This document shows, piece by piece, positions 1-14,179 of a stretch of 64,000 bases of DNA. Source of the DNA: Octopus sinensis (taxonomy: Eukaryota); the NCBI RefSeq assembly GCF_006345805.1, contig NC_043016.1:16864001-16928000 (forward strand), written 5' to 3'. Under the pieces are notes generated by a model. That model made no database searches. It was not told the origin of the DNA and was given only the letters and a program-made list of their open reading frames with translations. How positions within the stretch are numbered: the stretch's first letter is position 1; each line of letters starts with the position of its first letter. The position numbers and the translations under genes are program-made.

Positions 1-751
1 TTCTTGGTCTCTTGTTCTGAAGGTTCTAAGAATCCATCCGGCCAGCCGTCTACATTTCATTGCCAATTTAGCAACATGTACATGAAAGGTTGCGTCATCA
101 CTCATGTAAATACCCAGGTCACGCACTGATTGTGCCTCTGGAATTGCAATCCCTCCAGGTCCTGTGTATTTATTGGGTATTGCATTTAGTTTTTCATGCT
201 GATAGCATAAAGCTTGAAACTTTTCAGCATTGAACTGCATGCTATTCTTTTCAGCCCACTTGTATATTTTGTCCAGCTCACATTGCAGGTGCTTAGTGTC
301 TTCAGGGTTCTGTATTGCCTGTGAAACTTTTGTATCATCTGCATAACTTGTGATCGTGGCTCTCTGCATGGCTGAGGGCATGTCTGAGAGGGCCATTATG
401 AACAGTAGTGGTCCCAAAACAGTGCCCTGCGGAACACCGCTCACTATTTGCGTGTTAATGGAAGTGGCCCCATTGGCTACTACCACCTGGCTTCTATCCT
501 TCAGAAAGTCATGAAGCCATTCTCCCAATTTTCCAACTATGTCAAGATCACGCAGTTTGTGACATATCATTCCATGATCGACTTTATCAAAGGCCTTTGC
601 AAAGTCAAGATATGACTTCCACATTTGAGTGGTTGAGCAGTCATTTCAGCACCCAGTCATAGTGTTGTAGGAGTTGAGTTAGGCAGCTTCTTCCTGGTCG
701 GAAACCATGTTGGGTGTCAGGCAGCAAGTCATTTTCTTCAAGGAAGGTGAT
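1..751 (-). mobile_element. CR1-group LINE, RT fragment (decayed)
   Basis: Minus-strand translation gives YLDFAKAFDKVDH (~573-612), GVPQGTVLGPLL (~401-438), YADD (~332-343) and the C-terminal VRDLGI..GWILRTFRTRD; interrupted by frameshifts. Confidence 0.9.
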
Positions 752-1546
752 TTATATATATATATTTTTATTTATTCATTTTTTAATGTTTTTTTATTTT
801 ATTTTTTATTAAATATATAACTATAAAAGTATTAAAAAGTTTAATATAAGATATACTTTTATCTTATATAAAACTTTTTAATACTTTTTGATAGTTATAT
901 ATATTAAAAAAAATTTTTTTTAATAAATAAATAAATAAAAAAAATAAAATAAAAATATATATATATAAATTAATAATTTAAAATTTTTACTTTAAATTTA
1001 AATAATTTAAATTTTAAATTTTATATATTTTGTATATTATATTAATTAATTGTAGTTCTATGTTTTGATTTATGTTTTTCACTTTGATTTGCCTAATAGT
1101 GGTTTTATCTCTAATTTAATTTATATTTATACTGTAAAATTAGATTTAATCCTAAATCTAATTTTTCCCTGTAAGTTTGGATTTACTCCCTAATATCATT
1201 ATTATACATATATATATATTTATATATATATATATACATATAGATATACATATATAGACATATATATATACACACACATATATACTCAAATATACATATA
1301 TATATATATACATACACACACATATATATATACATATTATACACATTTATATATACATATATATGCACATATATGTACATATATATACTCATATAGATAT
1401 ATATATATATATACAGATATGTATACCATACATATACACACATATGTATATATACACACTTATATACATACATATATATATATATATAAACAATTGCATA
1501 TATATATATACACACACAATTACATATATACACACATAATTACACA

Positions 1547-1577
<31 letters not shown>

Positions 1578-1640
1578 GAGAGAGAGAGATTTATATACAT
1601 GTGCATATGTACATACATGTTCATGTAAGTGCTTTGTATA
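752..1640. repeat. AT low-complexity and (TA)n/(CA)n microsatellite, enclosing an AT-rich repeat unit at ~1050-1200
   Basis: Visible dinucleotide runs; 1085-1200 recurs at ~45715-45830. Confidence 0.85.
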
Positions 1641-1850
1641 TATATACGTAAGCATAATTGTATATGTAGACATGTATACATATATCCACGTATAGCTTCC
1701 TGGTTAGCGCCATTGAAGCGTTTAAGTTTTGATAGCTATCTTTCTGTATATGAATATATTTGTAACTATATTTTCCTGGTGCAGCAATTTTCTTGCTGAA
1801 GCACTTAGTGGACTACTTCTATAACTGTGTGTATGTGTATACACACATAT

Positions 1851-1881
<31 letters not shown>

Positions 1882-1889
1882 ATTTTGAT

Positions 1890-2031
1890 ATATGTTGGTT
1901 GAGTGATAAGAAACTGGCTTCCCAACCACATGGTACCAGGTTCAGTTCCACTGCATGGCACGTTGGGCAAGTACTTGTTCTATAGCCTCGGGTCAACGAA
2001 AGCCTTGTGAGTGGATTTGGTAGACGGAAAT

Positions 2032-2035
<4 letters not shown>
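1890..2035 (+). mobile_element. tRNA-derived SINE, 5' half
   Basis: B-box-like GGTTCAGTTCC followed by the family core ttgggcaagt..ctatagcctcggg..aagccttgtgagtggatttggtagacggaaa, shared with more than 10 copies in the window. Confidence 0.85.
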
Positions 2036-2069
<34 letters not shown>

Positions 2070-2074
2070 CGTGC

Positions 2075-2126
<52 letters not shown>

Positions 2127-2681
2127 ACGTGCGTGAGAGAGTGAGAAAGATTCTCTATGTGGGTGGTTGTACTCCAGCATGGTTACAGTCTGACAACTTG
2201 AACAGAATAAACGATTCATAAGAGATATATAGAAGCCTTCGCGCACGCGCTCGTTCACACAAATGAGAAAGAGAATGAAGACGAATTAAAGAAGACGGTT
2301 TTTCAGTTGGGCAGTTTATTTTTAGCTGTCCCAGGACAGCTCCCCCGGCCGCTACCTACATACTTACGAATGACATATGAGACAAATGAACAAGAAACAA
2401 GGTCAATTAAGACAATGTACAATTAAGAAGGCCAAAATGCAATGCGACTTTTGGGAAGATTTAAGAGCTTCTTAAAAGCAAATATATAAAAGGAAAACTG
2501 GGGAGATTTAAATAATAATTAGAATAAAAAGTAGAAGTTATGTAGTTAATTTGTTGCTGAGGTCCATGGTAGTAATATGTATGTGTGTGTGCGTGCGTAC
2601 ATATATAGTTATCTACGTACTTGAAGATATATTATATATGTAAATACACATACACACACAATACTATATATATATATATAG

Positions 2682-2853
2682 TTATAATTAGGATTCAGCA
2701 AAGATTTGCTTTAACCACATACCGAAGTTTAGAAATAGCAGCCAAAGAACCTTAGCTATTTTCTTATGGTAGAAGAAATAGCTAAGGTTCTTTGGCTGCT
2801 ATTTCTAAACTTCGGTATGTGGGAAAGCAAATCTTTGCTGACCCTAATTATAA
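2682..2853. repeat. Fold-back palindrome, ~83-bp arms
   Basis: 2682-2764 is the near reverse complement of 2771-2853; same repeat family as 3875-3965. Confidence 0.9.
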
Positions 2854-3001
2854 TTACACACGTAATTATAAAATATTACCTAAGTTTACCGAAAATGGTC
2901 TTTTTTCATGCCGAATTCTACTTGGTAAAATTATTGATTACTAGTTAATTAATTGATTTTAACCTTTATTATTATTGAAATATATATATATAAACAAAAT
3001 G

Positions 3002-3340
3002 TGCAGGAGTAGGTGTGTGGTAAGTATCTTACTTTCCAACCAAATGGTTCCGGTTGAGCCCCACGGCGTGGTACCTTCGGCATGCGCCTTTTCCTATTGC
3101 CTTGGGCCAAATAAAGCCGAACAAAATGGGTTTAGTAGACGGAACTGATATACATGTTTGTGTCTCGCTTGACAACCGATGCTGGTGCATTTACGTCCCC
3201 GTAACTTGGTAGTTCAGCGCAAAACGGTTAGAAGAAATAAGTACTAGGTTTATAAAGAATAATTCCTGGGGTCGATTTTCTCGAATAGAAGCGATGCTCC
3301 AGCATGGCCGCAGTCAAATGACTGAAACGAGTAAGAGTAG
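3002..3340 (+). mobile_element. tRNA-derived SINE, full length
   Basis: A/B-box-like head, family core, 3' tail gatgctccagcatggccgcagtcaaatgactgaaac. Confidence 0.85.
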
Positions 3341-3479
3341 GATGTGTGTGTTTGTGTGTATATATACATGTATGCATATTATATGAGTGTGTATATATAA
3401 ATATGTATATGTATATATGTGCGTGTCTATGTACATATATGTGTGTATATAGACGTGTTTATACATTAAATATATACAC

Positions 3480-3514
<35 letters not shown>

Positions 3515-3526
3515 ATATATATACAT

Positions 3527-3762
3527 ATCATCATTATTTAACGTCCGTTCTCCATGCTAGCATGGGTTGGACGGTTCAACTGGGGTCTGTGAGGCCAGAT
3601 GGCTGCACCAGGCCCAGTTTGATCTGGCAGTGTTTCTACAGCTGGATGCCCTTCCTAACGCCAGCCACTCCGTGAGTGTAGTGGGTGCTTTTTAAGTGCC
3701 ACCAGCACAGAGGCCAGGCGAGGCTGGCAACGGCCACAATCGGTTGGTGCTTTTTACGTGCC
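3527..3762 (-). mobile_element. RTE-LINE 3' UTR/terminus (solo)
   Basis: Reverse complement of the (GAT)n-tailed 3' end attached to the RTE ORF at 11700-12003. Confidence 0.8.
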
Positions 3763-4040
3763 AATATATATATATGAATAAATATATGTAAATACATATA
3801 TATATATATATATATAAATAAATATATATAAATACATATATATATGAATAAATTAAAAATGCTATAATTATAAGCATAATTATAATTAGGGTTCAGCAAA
3901 ATTTGCTTCACCACATACCAAAATTTAGAAATAGCAGTTAAATACTATTCTACTACCATAAGATATCTCCCAGACAGCAATATCCTACAACTCATGCAGG
4001 CAAAGAGAAAAATATAAGGAATCCACCCGGCTTTGATCAA

Positions 4041-4112
4041 CTATATACGTGTTTGTGGATTAAAGAGATGTAAAGTTTATCCTTCCTCACTTATTTCCAT
4101 CTTCAGTATAAT
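4041..4112 (-). ncRNA. Degenerate type I hammerhead-like motif in an AT-rich repeat (3875-4215)
   Basis: Minus strand reads CTGAAGA-TGGA..TCCA-CAAA-CACGTA-TA; GAAA is mutated to CAAA and stem I is poor. Confidence 0.4.
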
Positions 4113-4243
4113 ATTTCAATTATAAATTTGAGAGCTCTAAAATTAAGATATTCATTTGACCAAGAGCCATCAAATAGACTAATATCCCAAAACAATACTT
4201 CCGAATTTATATTATATTATATTTATATATTGTATATATATGC

Positions 4244-4287
<44 letters not shown>

Positions 4288-4309
4288 ATTATATATATAT
4301 ATTATATAT

Positions 4310-4367
<58 letters not shown>

Positions 4368-4408
4368 CACATATATACATATACAATGTGCACATATATA
4401 AATATACT

Positions 4409-5200
4409 GGGAGTAGTAATCCAAGCGCTGAGGATGAATGTCTTCCAGAGGACCATCATGGTTTCCTTCTCTCTGGTTTTGAATGTTCTCAGGGTCCATC
4501 TGGCCAGTAGTCTGCACTTTGTCGCTATAATGGCAATGTGCACTTGGATATCCAGGTCCTCACTGATTTAGGCTCTGGGATTGTAATTCCCTGTGGACCA
4601 GTGTTACCCTGTAAGTTTCATATACAGTTTTTGATGCTGGTAGCACAGGGCCTGGAATTTTTCAGCATTAAGCTGCATATTATTATCCTCAGCTCATCTG
4701 TAAATTGAGCCCAACTCCTGCTGCAGGTGTGCAACATGGCTGGGGTTCTGTATTTTCTGTGATACTTTTATATCATCTGCATAGCTAGCAAGGGTGGCTC
4801 TCTGGGCAGTTGAGGACATATCTGAGAGGGCCACTATGAAAAGCATTGGCCTCAAGAGGAACACTACTCACTATTTTTGTTTTCATTGAGATGGCTCCAT
4901 TGGCCATTACTGCCTGACTTCTATCTTTCAGGAAGTCATGAAATCACTCTCCAGTTTCTAGCATATAATACCACAATCCACTTTGTCAAAAGCTTTTGCA
5001 AAATCAAGGTATATTACGCTCACATTTCAGATGTTGAGTAACTGCCTCAACACTCAGTCATAATGCTGTAAGAGCTGGGTCAGACATCCCCTACTTGGTT
5101 CAAAGTCATGAATGTCTTCCAGAGGACCAACACTCAGCAAATTATTTTCTTCAAGGAATGCGATTAGCTTCCCTCTGACTATCCGTTCCATGACTTTGCT
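4409..5200 (-). mobile_element. CR1-group LINE, RT fragment (decayed)
   Basis: YLDFAKAFD at ~4986-5014; collinear with 1-751 and 5740-7475. Confidence 0.85.
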
Positions 5201-5556
5201 GCTGTGTGAAGAAAGAGAGATAGGCCTATATAGTTTTTGGCATCTGCTCAGCTAACCCCTTTATGGATTGGGCATATCAAGGTCTCTTTCATTCCTTTGT
5301 TGTTTTACCCTTGCTATCAATATATATATATATGTATAAATATATATATATGTATAAATATATATATATATTATATATATATATCATCATCATCATCATT
5401 TAGCGTCTGCTTTCCATGCTAGCATGGGTTGGACGGTTCAACTGGGGTCTGTGAAGCCGTGAGTGTAGTGGGTGCTTTTTACGTGCCATATATATTAAAT
5501 ATAGATATATATAAATATAGATATATATATAAATGTATATATATATATAATATATA

Positions 5557-5596
<40 letters not shown>

Positions 5597-5619
5597 GTAT
5601 TATATATATAATATAATAA

Positions 5620-5650
<31 letters not shown>

Positions 5651-5739
5651 TGTATATATATATAATATATATATAAATATATATATATATTATATATATA
5701 AATGTATATATGAATATAATATATATATAATATATATAT

Positions 5740-7475
5740 ATCGACCACATCGACCACATCGACCACATCGACCACATAGACATAACAGAGAGGGATGTAA
5801 TATCTGCCATAGAAGAAATGAGAATAAACTCAGCTGCTGCCCAGATGGATTCCCAGCAGTCCTCCTAAAAACATGCCGGCATGCCCTAGCGGGACCACTG
5901 AGATGCTCTTCAGTGGTTCCTTGGCTAACGGTAAACTGCCCAGGGCGCTAAAAGAAGGCACCATATGCCCTATCCACAAAGGAGGGAGTAGAGCAGGAGG
6001 CCAAAACCTACAGGCCAGTCTCCCTGACGTCACACATAAGTAAGGTCATGGAACGAATCATCAGAAAAAACTGATCACGTTCCTCGAAGAAACTAACCGT
6101 CTCACTGACACAACAGCATGGCTTTCGCCCAGGAAGAAGCTGCCTTACGCAGCTGTTCAACACTACGACTGGTTACTGAAACAACTACTGGATCGCTCAC
6201 AGGTGGATGTGGTATATCTCGACTTTGCGAAGGCCTTTGACAAAGTCGACCACGGAGTGATATGTCACAAATTACTCAGACTCGGCATAACAGGAAAAGT
6301 AGTGAGTGGATACATGACTTCCTGAAGGACAGAACCAGATGGTTGCAGCCAATGAGCCCTCTCGGGAAAGACACCAATAGCAAGCGGGGGTGGCCACAGG
6401 GCACAGTCTTGGGACCCTTGCTGTTTTTGGTGGCGCTCTCTGACATGCCCTTGTAGCACAAACAACATCCCATCCCTCACTAGCTATGCTGATGACACAA
6501 AGGTAGCACAGGCAATTAAAAACCCCAGCTGATGCTGACCTTTTACAACAAGATCTGGATGCCATATACAAATGGGCTGAAGAAAACAACATGCAATTTA
6601 ATGCTGGTAATTTCAAGCCTTACATATCAAGCTGTAACACATATACATTACAACACAACTATACTGGTCCAGGAGGGATCGAAATCCCAGTATCGAAATC
6701 AATACGGGACCTGGGGATAGACATGATGACGATGGCATCTTTTTCTTCACACATCGCGAAGGTGGCGACAATGTGCAGACGACTCACTGGCTGGATCCTG
6801 AGGACATTCCGGACAAGAGACTGCGAGACCATGTTGACACTATGGAGGACATTTGTCCTAAGCCGCCTAGACTACTGCTCCCAACTGTGGTCACCGCATA
6901 GTGTCAAACTAACCACAGAGCTTGAGACAATCCAAAGACATTTCACCCAGAGGATTTCCACCATGAAAGAAAAAAACTATTGGGAGAGGCTTAGGGAACT
7001 CAATTTGTACTCCTTGGAACGAAGACGAGAGAGATATGCAGTGATATACATATGGAAATCCTGGAGGGACTAGCACCACAATTTTGGAATTGAGAGCTGT
7101 TCCAATCCCGTACAGGACGTCACTGTGTGGTGCCCAAAGGTCCCGTCTTCCACATCCAGGGTAAGGAGCGGATACTGTAATAGCCTGGGGTTCAGGGGCC
7201 CTCAGCTTTTCAACAAACTGCCAAGAAAACTAAGAGATCTACATGATGCGGATGTGGACATTTTCAAAAAACATCTAGACAAGCTGCTTTCCGGGATCCC
7301 AGATGAACCCACTGCAAGGTACGAAGGTAACCTAAGGGCAGCAGCTACAAACTCTCTCTTAGATCAGTGGCCAGCCACGGCAACTGGACTTAGAGAGGGT
7401 AGCAACAAGGGCGGTGCCCCAGCATGGCCTCAGCCGGATGGCTGAACAAGTAAAAGAGTAAAAGAGTAAAAGAGT
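5740..7475 (+). mobile_element. 5'-truncated CR1-group LINE with intact 3' end
   Basis: YRPVSLT (~6012), YLDFAKAFDKVDHG (~6214), YADD (6485-6496), ORF 6591-7073 (SRLDYCSQLWSP..SLERRRERY), 3' stem-loop at 7430-7445 and (GAGTAAAA)3 tail. Confidence 0.92.
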
Positions 7476-7852
7476 ATATATATATTATAATGATATATAT
7501 ATATAATATATAAAAAATATATAATAAATATATATATATATATATAAATGTATATATATATATAAATATATAATATAAAATATATATATATATATAATAT
7601 ATAATATAAATATATATATATATATATATATAAATGTATAATATAATAAATATATAATATAAATATATATATATATATATATATAAATGTATATATAATA
7701 TAATATATAATATAAATATATATATATAATATATTATAAATATATATATATATATAATATTAATATATAATATAATATATATATAATATATAATATAAAT
7801 ATATATATATATATAATATATAATATAAATATATATATATATATAATATATA

Positions 7853-7884
<32 letters not shown>

Positions 7885-7972
7885 CTATATATAAATATAT
7901 ATTATATATATATATATAAAATATATATATATAAATATATATATAAATATATATATTTATATTATATATAAA

Positions 7973-8125
7973 TTGATTGATTGATTGATTGATTGATTCT
8001 AGTTTCAGCTTATGAGCTGGTGCCATGCTGGGGCACCGCCATTTGGTGTTGCTACTTGGTTTCACTTCATGGAGGCTTCTAGCAACTGCTATTTGGTGCA
8101 TGAGAGAGTTCGATGCAGCTGCATA
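7973..8125 (-). mobile_element. 3' terminus of a CR1-group LINE with (CAAT)n tail
   Basis: Minus strand ggcggtgccccagcatggcaccagctcataagctgaaactag matches the 3' end at 7410-7450. Confidence 0.7.
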
Positions 8126-8444
8126 TATAAAAGAATAATATATAATATAATATATATATTTATATTATATATAAATATATATATAAATATATAATATAAA
8201 TATATATATTTATATTATATATAAATATATATTTATATTATATATAAATATATAATATATATATATATCAATATATATATATATATATAATACATATATA
8301 TATAAATAAACACAAAGTAATTTAGGGATTATGGGTACAACCTACTAAGGGATAGTATTTATCCATATATGAATATATATATATATATATTGATAGTAAA
8401 GGTAAGACAACAAAAGAATGAAAGAGACCTTGATATGCCCAATC

Positions 8445-9025
8445 CATATCAAACTCCATTCTTCACCAAGTGCCCATATTAGAGGAGGTTCTTAGTAATA
8501 ACAGTGTAGCACAAAACGGCGGTGCACCAGCATGGCCGCAGCTTGAGCTGAAACTAGAGAGAAAATAAAATATATTATAAATTTTTTTTTCTCTTGTTTC
8601 AGCTCAGGGCTGCGGCCATGCTAATGCACCACCGTTTTGTGGTACACTGTTATTACTAAGAACCTCCTCTAATATGTGGCACTTGGTGAAGAATGGAGTT
8701 TGATATAGCTACCCTCATTTGCACCTCTTGCTGTGAGGTAGGTTCATCTGGGACTCTCGACAGGAAGATGTCCAGCTTTGATTTAAAAACCCCTACATCT
8801 TCTTTGTGCAAGTTCCTCAGACTCTTTGGGAGAATATTAAAAAGCTGTGGGCCCTTGAAGTAACTGGTCCTGAAGCATGATGGCATTGCTGGGATCTTTG
8901 GGCCTATGCAGTGTCGTCCCGTTCTGGCATTGTTGTAGCTTTCAATGCCAAAATTTGGCACAATTCCTTCCAGGATCTTCCAGACATATATTACTGCATA
9001 CCTCTCCAGGGAGTAGAGTCTTAGC
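8445..9025 (-). mobile_element. CR1-group LINE 3' fragment (8585-9025) plus an inverted copy of its last ~125 bp (8445-8570)
   Basis: ORF 8656-8961 (FKGPQLFNILPKSLRNL..KSKLDIFLSRVPDEP); the two arms are reverse complements, tail-to-tail. Confidence 0.85.
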
Positions 9026-9029
9026 TGTG

Positions 9030-9176
9030 TATATATATATATATATTATATAAATAAATATATATATATAATATAAACTGGCAAAATGACTATTCAGAAA
9101 TACAACATATATATATAGATAGATAGATAATTATATATATAATATATATTTATATATATATATATAGATAGATAAT

Positions 9177-9207
<31 letters not shown>

Positions 9208-9572
9208 CATATATATATAGATAGATAATTATATATATAATATATATTTATATATATATATATAGATAATTATATATATAATATATATTTATATATATAT
9301 ATATTATAGATAATTATATATATAAATATATATTTATATAATATATACATATATATATAGATAGATAATTATATAATAAATATATATTTATATTATATAT
9401 ATAGATAGATAATTATAATATAAATATATTTTTAATATATATATACATATATAATAGATAGATATTATATATATAAATATATATTATATATATATATATA
9501 GATAATTATATATATATAAATATATATTTATATATATATATATATATAGATAGATAATTATATATATAAATA

Positions 9573-9607
<35 letters not shown>

Positions 9608-10188
9608 TAGATAATTATATATATAAATATATATTTATATATATAATATATATAGATAGATAATTATATATATAAATATATATTTATATATATATATATA
9701 TATATATAGATAGATAATTATATATCTAAATTATATTTAATAATATATATATATATATATATATAGATAATTATATATTAAATATATATTTATATATATA
9801 TATATATATCTATATATATATAGATAATTATATATATAAATATATATTTATATAGATATATATATATAATATATATATAGATAGATAATTATATATAAAA
9901 ATATATATTTATATATATATATATATATATATAGATAGATAGATAATTATATATAGATAGATAATTATATATATAAATATATATTTATATATATTATATA
10001 TATAGATAGATAATTAATATAGATAGATAATTATATATATAATATATATTTATATATATATATATATATATATAGATAGATAATTATATATATAATATAT
10101 ATTTATATAAATATATAATAGATGATAATATATATATAAATATATATTTATTAATATATAGATAGATAATTATATATATAAATATATT

Positions 10189-10230
<42 letters not shown>

Positions 10231-10425
10231 TAATTATATATATAAATATATATTATATATATATTATATATATATAATATAGATAGATAATTATATAAAA
10301 TATATATTTTATATATATATATATATATATAGATAGATAATTATATATATAAATATATATTTTATATATATATATATAATTATTATATATATATATATAT
10401 ATAGATATATATATATAATAGATAA

Positions 10426-10485
<60 letters not shown>

Positions 10486-10559
10486 AATATTCATATATAT
10501 ATATTCTAAATATATATAAATATATATTATTTATATATATATATATTATAAATAATATA

Positions 10560-10593
<34 letters not shown>

Positions 10594-10722
10594 AATATAT
10601 ATTTATTATATATATAATATATATAATATATATATATAAATATATATTTATTTATATATATATATATATATAATATAAATATATATTTATTTATATATAT
10701 ATATATTATATATATAAATATA

Positions 10723-10753
<31 letters not shown>

Positions 10754-10763
10754 CTTAAATATA

Positions 10764-10805
<42 letters not shown>

Positions 10806-10807
10806 TA

Positions 10808-10868
<61 letters not shown>

Positions 10869-10874
10869 AATATA

Positions 10875-10916
<42 letters not shown>

Positions 10917-10941
10917 TAGATAATTATATATATAAATATCT

Positions 10942-10980
<39 letters not shown>
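9030..10980. repeat. ~1.95-kb (TA)n array with GATA-containing higher-order units
   Basis: Recurrent atagatagataattatatatataaatatatattt units embedded in TA runs. Confidence 0.9.
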
Positions 10981-10984
<4 letters not shown>

Positions 10985-10986
<2 letters not shown>

Positions 10987-12003
10987 AGAGGTGCAGCAAC
11001 ATTAAGGGAAATTAACAGATAAGATAGCTCTCATGTGCGGCAGATGCCCAGGGACAATAGACACAACAGACACTCAGAAAACAGATTCCATCACACTCCA
11101 GGGAGAGAACTAGAAGTAGTTGATAGTTTCGCTACCTGGAGACCAAGTTAGTAGCGCAGGTGGATGCACAGAGAGTATCACCACTAGAATACGAATAGCC
11201 TGGGCAAAGTTCAGAAAGCTCCTACCCTACTGGCAACAAAAGGTCTCTCCCTCAGAGCAAAAGGTAGATTGTATGATGCATGTGTGCGAACTGCCATGCT
11301 TCACGTAATGAAACCTGGGCTGTGACTGCAGAAGACATGCGTAGACTTGAAAGAAATGAAGCTAGCATGATCCGCTGGATGTGTAGTGTCAGTGTGCACG
11401 CAAACAGAGTGTAAGTATCCTGAGAGAAATGCTGGATATAAGAAGCATCAAGATGTGGTGTGCAAGAGCGACGCTTGCGATGGTATGGTCATGTGCTGCG
11501 GATGGATGAAGAGAGATGTGTGAAGAAGTGCCACTCCCAAACAGTTGAAGGTATCAGGGGAGAGGTAGACCCAGGAAGACATGGGATGAGGTGGTCAAGC
11601 ATGACCTCAGAGCATTGGGCCTCACTGAGGCAATGGCGAAGGACCGAGATCTCTGGAGATATGCTGTGACTACAAAGACCCGGGCTGCTTTCTGCAGCAA
11701 TTCCACATACCCCCTACCCATTCTAAGTACCCCGGATCCCCAAGTACCCCGGACCTCGTTGCCCCCGTGCCGCTGACACGTTAAAATGCTCGAACCGATC
11801 GTGACGATGCCGGACCCTCCGGCCCCTGTGCAGGTGGCACGTAAAAAGCACCCAATCCACTCACGGAGTGGTTGGCGTTAGGAAGGGCATCCAGCCGTAG
11901 AACTCTGCCAGATTCAGACTGGAGCCTGGAGCGGCCCTGCTTCCCAGACCCGGTCAAACCGTCCAACCCGTGCTAGCGCGGAAAGCGGACGTTTACGATA
12001 TGA
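10985..12003 (+). mobile_element. RTE-clade LINE, 3' fragment
   Basis: GDQVSSAGGCTESITTRIRIAWAKFR, QERRLRWYGHVLRMDE, then 3' UTR ending gcggacgtttacgatatgatgat. Confidence 0.9.
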
Positions 12004-12049
12004 TGATATATATATAATATTTATGTATATATATATATAATATATTAAT

Positions 12050-12092
<43 letters not shown>

Positions 12093-12141
12093 TATATTTA
12101 TGTATATATATTATATATATATATATATATAAATATATATT

Positions 12142-12177
<36 letters not shown>

Positions 12178-12239
12178 TATATTTATGGTATATATAATAT
12201 ATATATATATATATATAAATATATATTTATGTATATATA

Positions 12240-12282
<43 letters not shown>

Positions 12283-12287
12283 TATAT

Positions 12288-12368
<81 letters not shown>

Positions 12369-12424
12369 TAGAAAGATAGATATATAGAAAGATAGATATA
12401 TAAATTATATATATAATACATATA

Positions 12425-13830
12425 TAAAACTTAGATATGTTTCGACCAAAGATAGGTCCAGGCCATGTCTAACTTGACAGCACCACCTGATAGGATTATC
12501 TAAATCCTTTTAAAGTCATGTTTTGTGGTATTATGGTCCATTCGAGTAGTGAGTTCTTGCTGAGAGAGTTGTATCCAGGTATGGGTGGCTTATCTGGTAT
12601 TCCTTGAAGAAATCTGTCCAGACTCCGTTTAAAGGTGATGGGATCCTTTTCCTCTTTGATCTCTTTTGGGACAATGTTAAACAGGGCAGGGCCTGTTGAG
12701 GAAAAGAAATTATGTTGCTATGTACCTATATACTGTCATCCTGAATTGGGCAGGGGACGTATGGCCCGTGGTCCCAGCATTGGATGAACCTTGAAACTAA
12801 TGTTTAGGTCGTTTGGGCAAAGTTGGCGGTATATTCTCCACATCGTACAAATGATGTACCGCTCACGGCGACGCTGGAGAGAGTAGAGTTTCAAGACTTT
12901 AAGGCGATCCCAATAATCGAGAGCAGCCATGCCTTCAATTCGTTTAGTGAGTGCCCTCTGGGGTGATTCAGTCCTCGAGATGATTTGTCTTGTATGGGGA
13001 GACACAGTGGGCAGCAGTATTCGAGGTGTGGCCGTACAAAGGAGAAAAGTGGTATGATGATACCTTGTTCTCTGGACCGGAAAGTTCTTAAGATCCAGGA
13101 ACTCATCCTACGAGCTATATCGACCTTATTGTTGATGTGTGCACTCCAACTGAGATTGTCATCAACAATTACACCCAGGTCTCTGATATTGTTAGAGGCT
13201 GTGAGCGGTTTCCCTGAAGGAAGAGAACATGGTTGTTTTAGAGTGGACTTTCTTCCAAAATGCATCAGCTCAAATTTTCCCTCATTCAGTTGCATTTTGT
13301 TTCTGTCTGCCCATTGACTCACAGCATGTAGATCAGACTGGAGTTGAGTTCGGTCTGCTTCTTCATTGACGATTTGCTGGAGCTTAGTGTCACCAGGAAA
13401 TATTTTCACTTTGCAGTAATGTACGACACTGGAAAGGTCGTTTATGTAAATTATAAAGAGGAGCGGGCCCAAGACAGTTCTGTGGGGGACACCGCTGGTG
13501 ACTTTTGCTGGGTTTGAGTGGACTCCATAGACTACAACATGTTGTGTTCCATTCGCCAGGAAATACTTAATCCAGTGTAGAACTTTTCCACGGATTCCGA
13601 CATTTGCCAATTTTGAGAATAGGATATTATGGTCAACCCTATCGAAAGCTTTACTGAAGTCAAGATATATGACATCAGAGTTCGAACCTGATCCCAAGGT
13701 TTTAAGAATATCTTCAATGTTGTGTAAGAGGTGTGTTAGACAGTCCCTGCCACAGCGAAAGCCATGCTGATTGTCATTTAGGAGTTTGTGAGTCCCCAGG
13801 AAGTCAGCTATCCTTGATCTTAACACTTTT
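12425..13830 (-). mobile_element. CR1-group LINE RT and 3' end (pseudogenised)
   Basis: ORF 12891-13946 contains QHGFR, IYLDFSKAFDRVDH, SGVPHRTVLGPLLF; catalytic YADD appears as FPGD; SLQRRRERY in ORF 12736-13005. The Met-Cys-Val N-terminus of the long ORF is microsatellite. Confidence 0.92.
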
Positions 13831-14090
13831 TCAAATACACACATACATATATATATACACACACATACATATATACACACACACATATATATATATACAC
13901 CACACACACATACCCACACATATATGCATAACACACACACACACACACATATATATGCCTAACACACACACACACACATATATATGCCTAACACACACAC
14001 ACATGCCTAACACACACACACACACATATATATACCTAACACACACACATACATATATATGCCCAACACACACATACATATATATGCCTA

Positions 14091-14126
<36 letters not shown>

Positions 14127-14179
14127 GCATAACACATATATATCTATGTATGTATTTGTAGGTATGTGTTTGCCCTTTC

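Noticed and set aside
3305-3330. SINE/LINE tail stem-loop followed by GAAAC as a half-hammerhead
   Set aside because: No upstream CUGANGA core in any copy.
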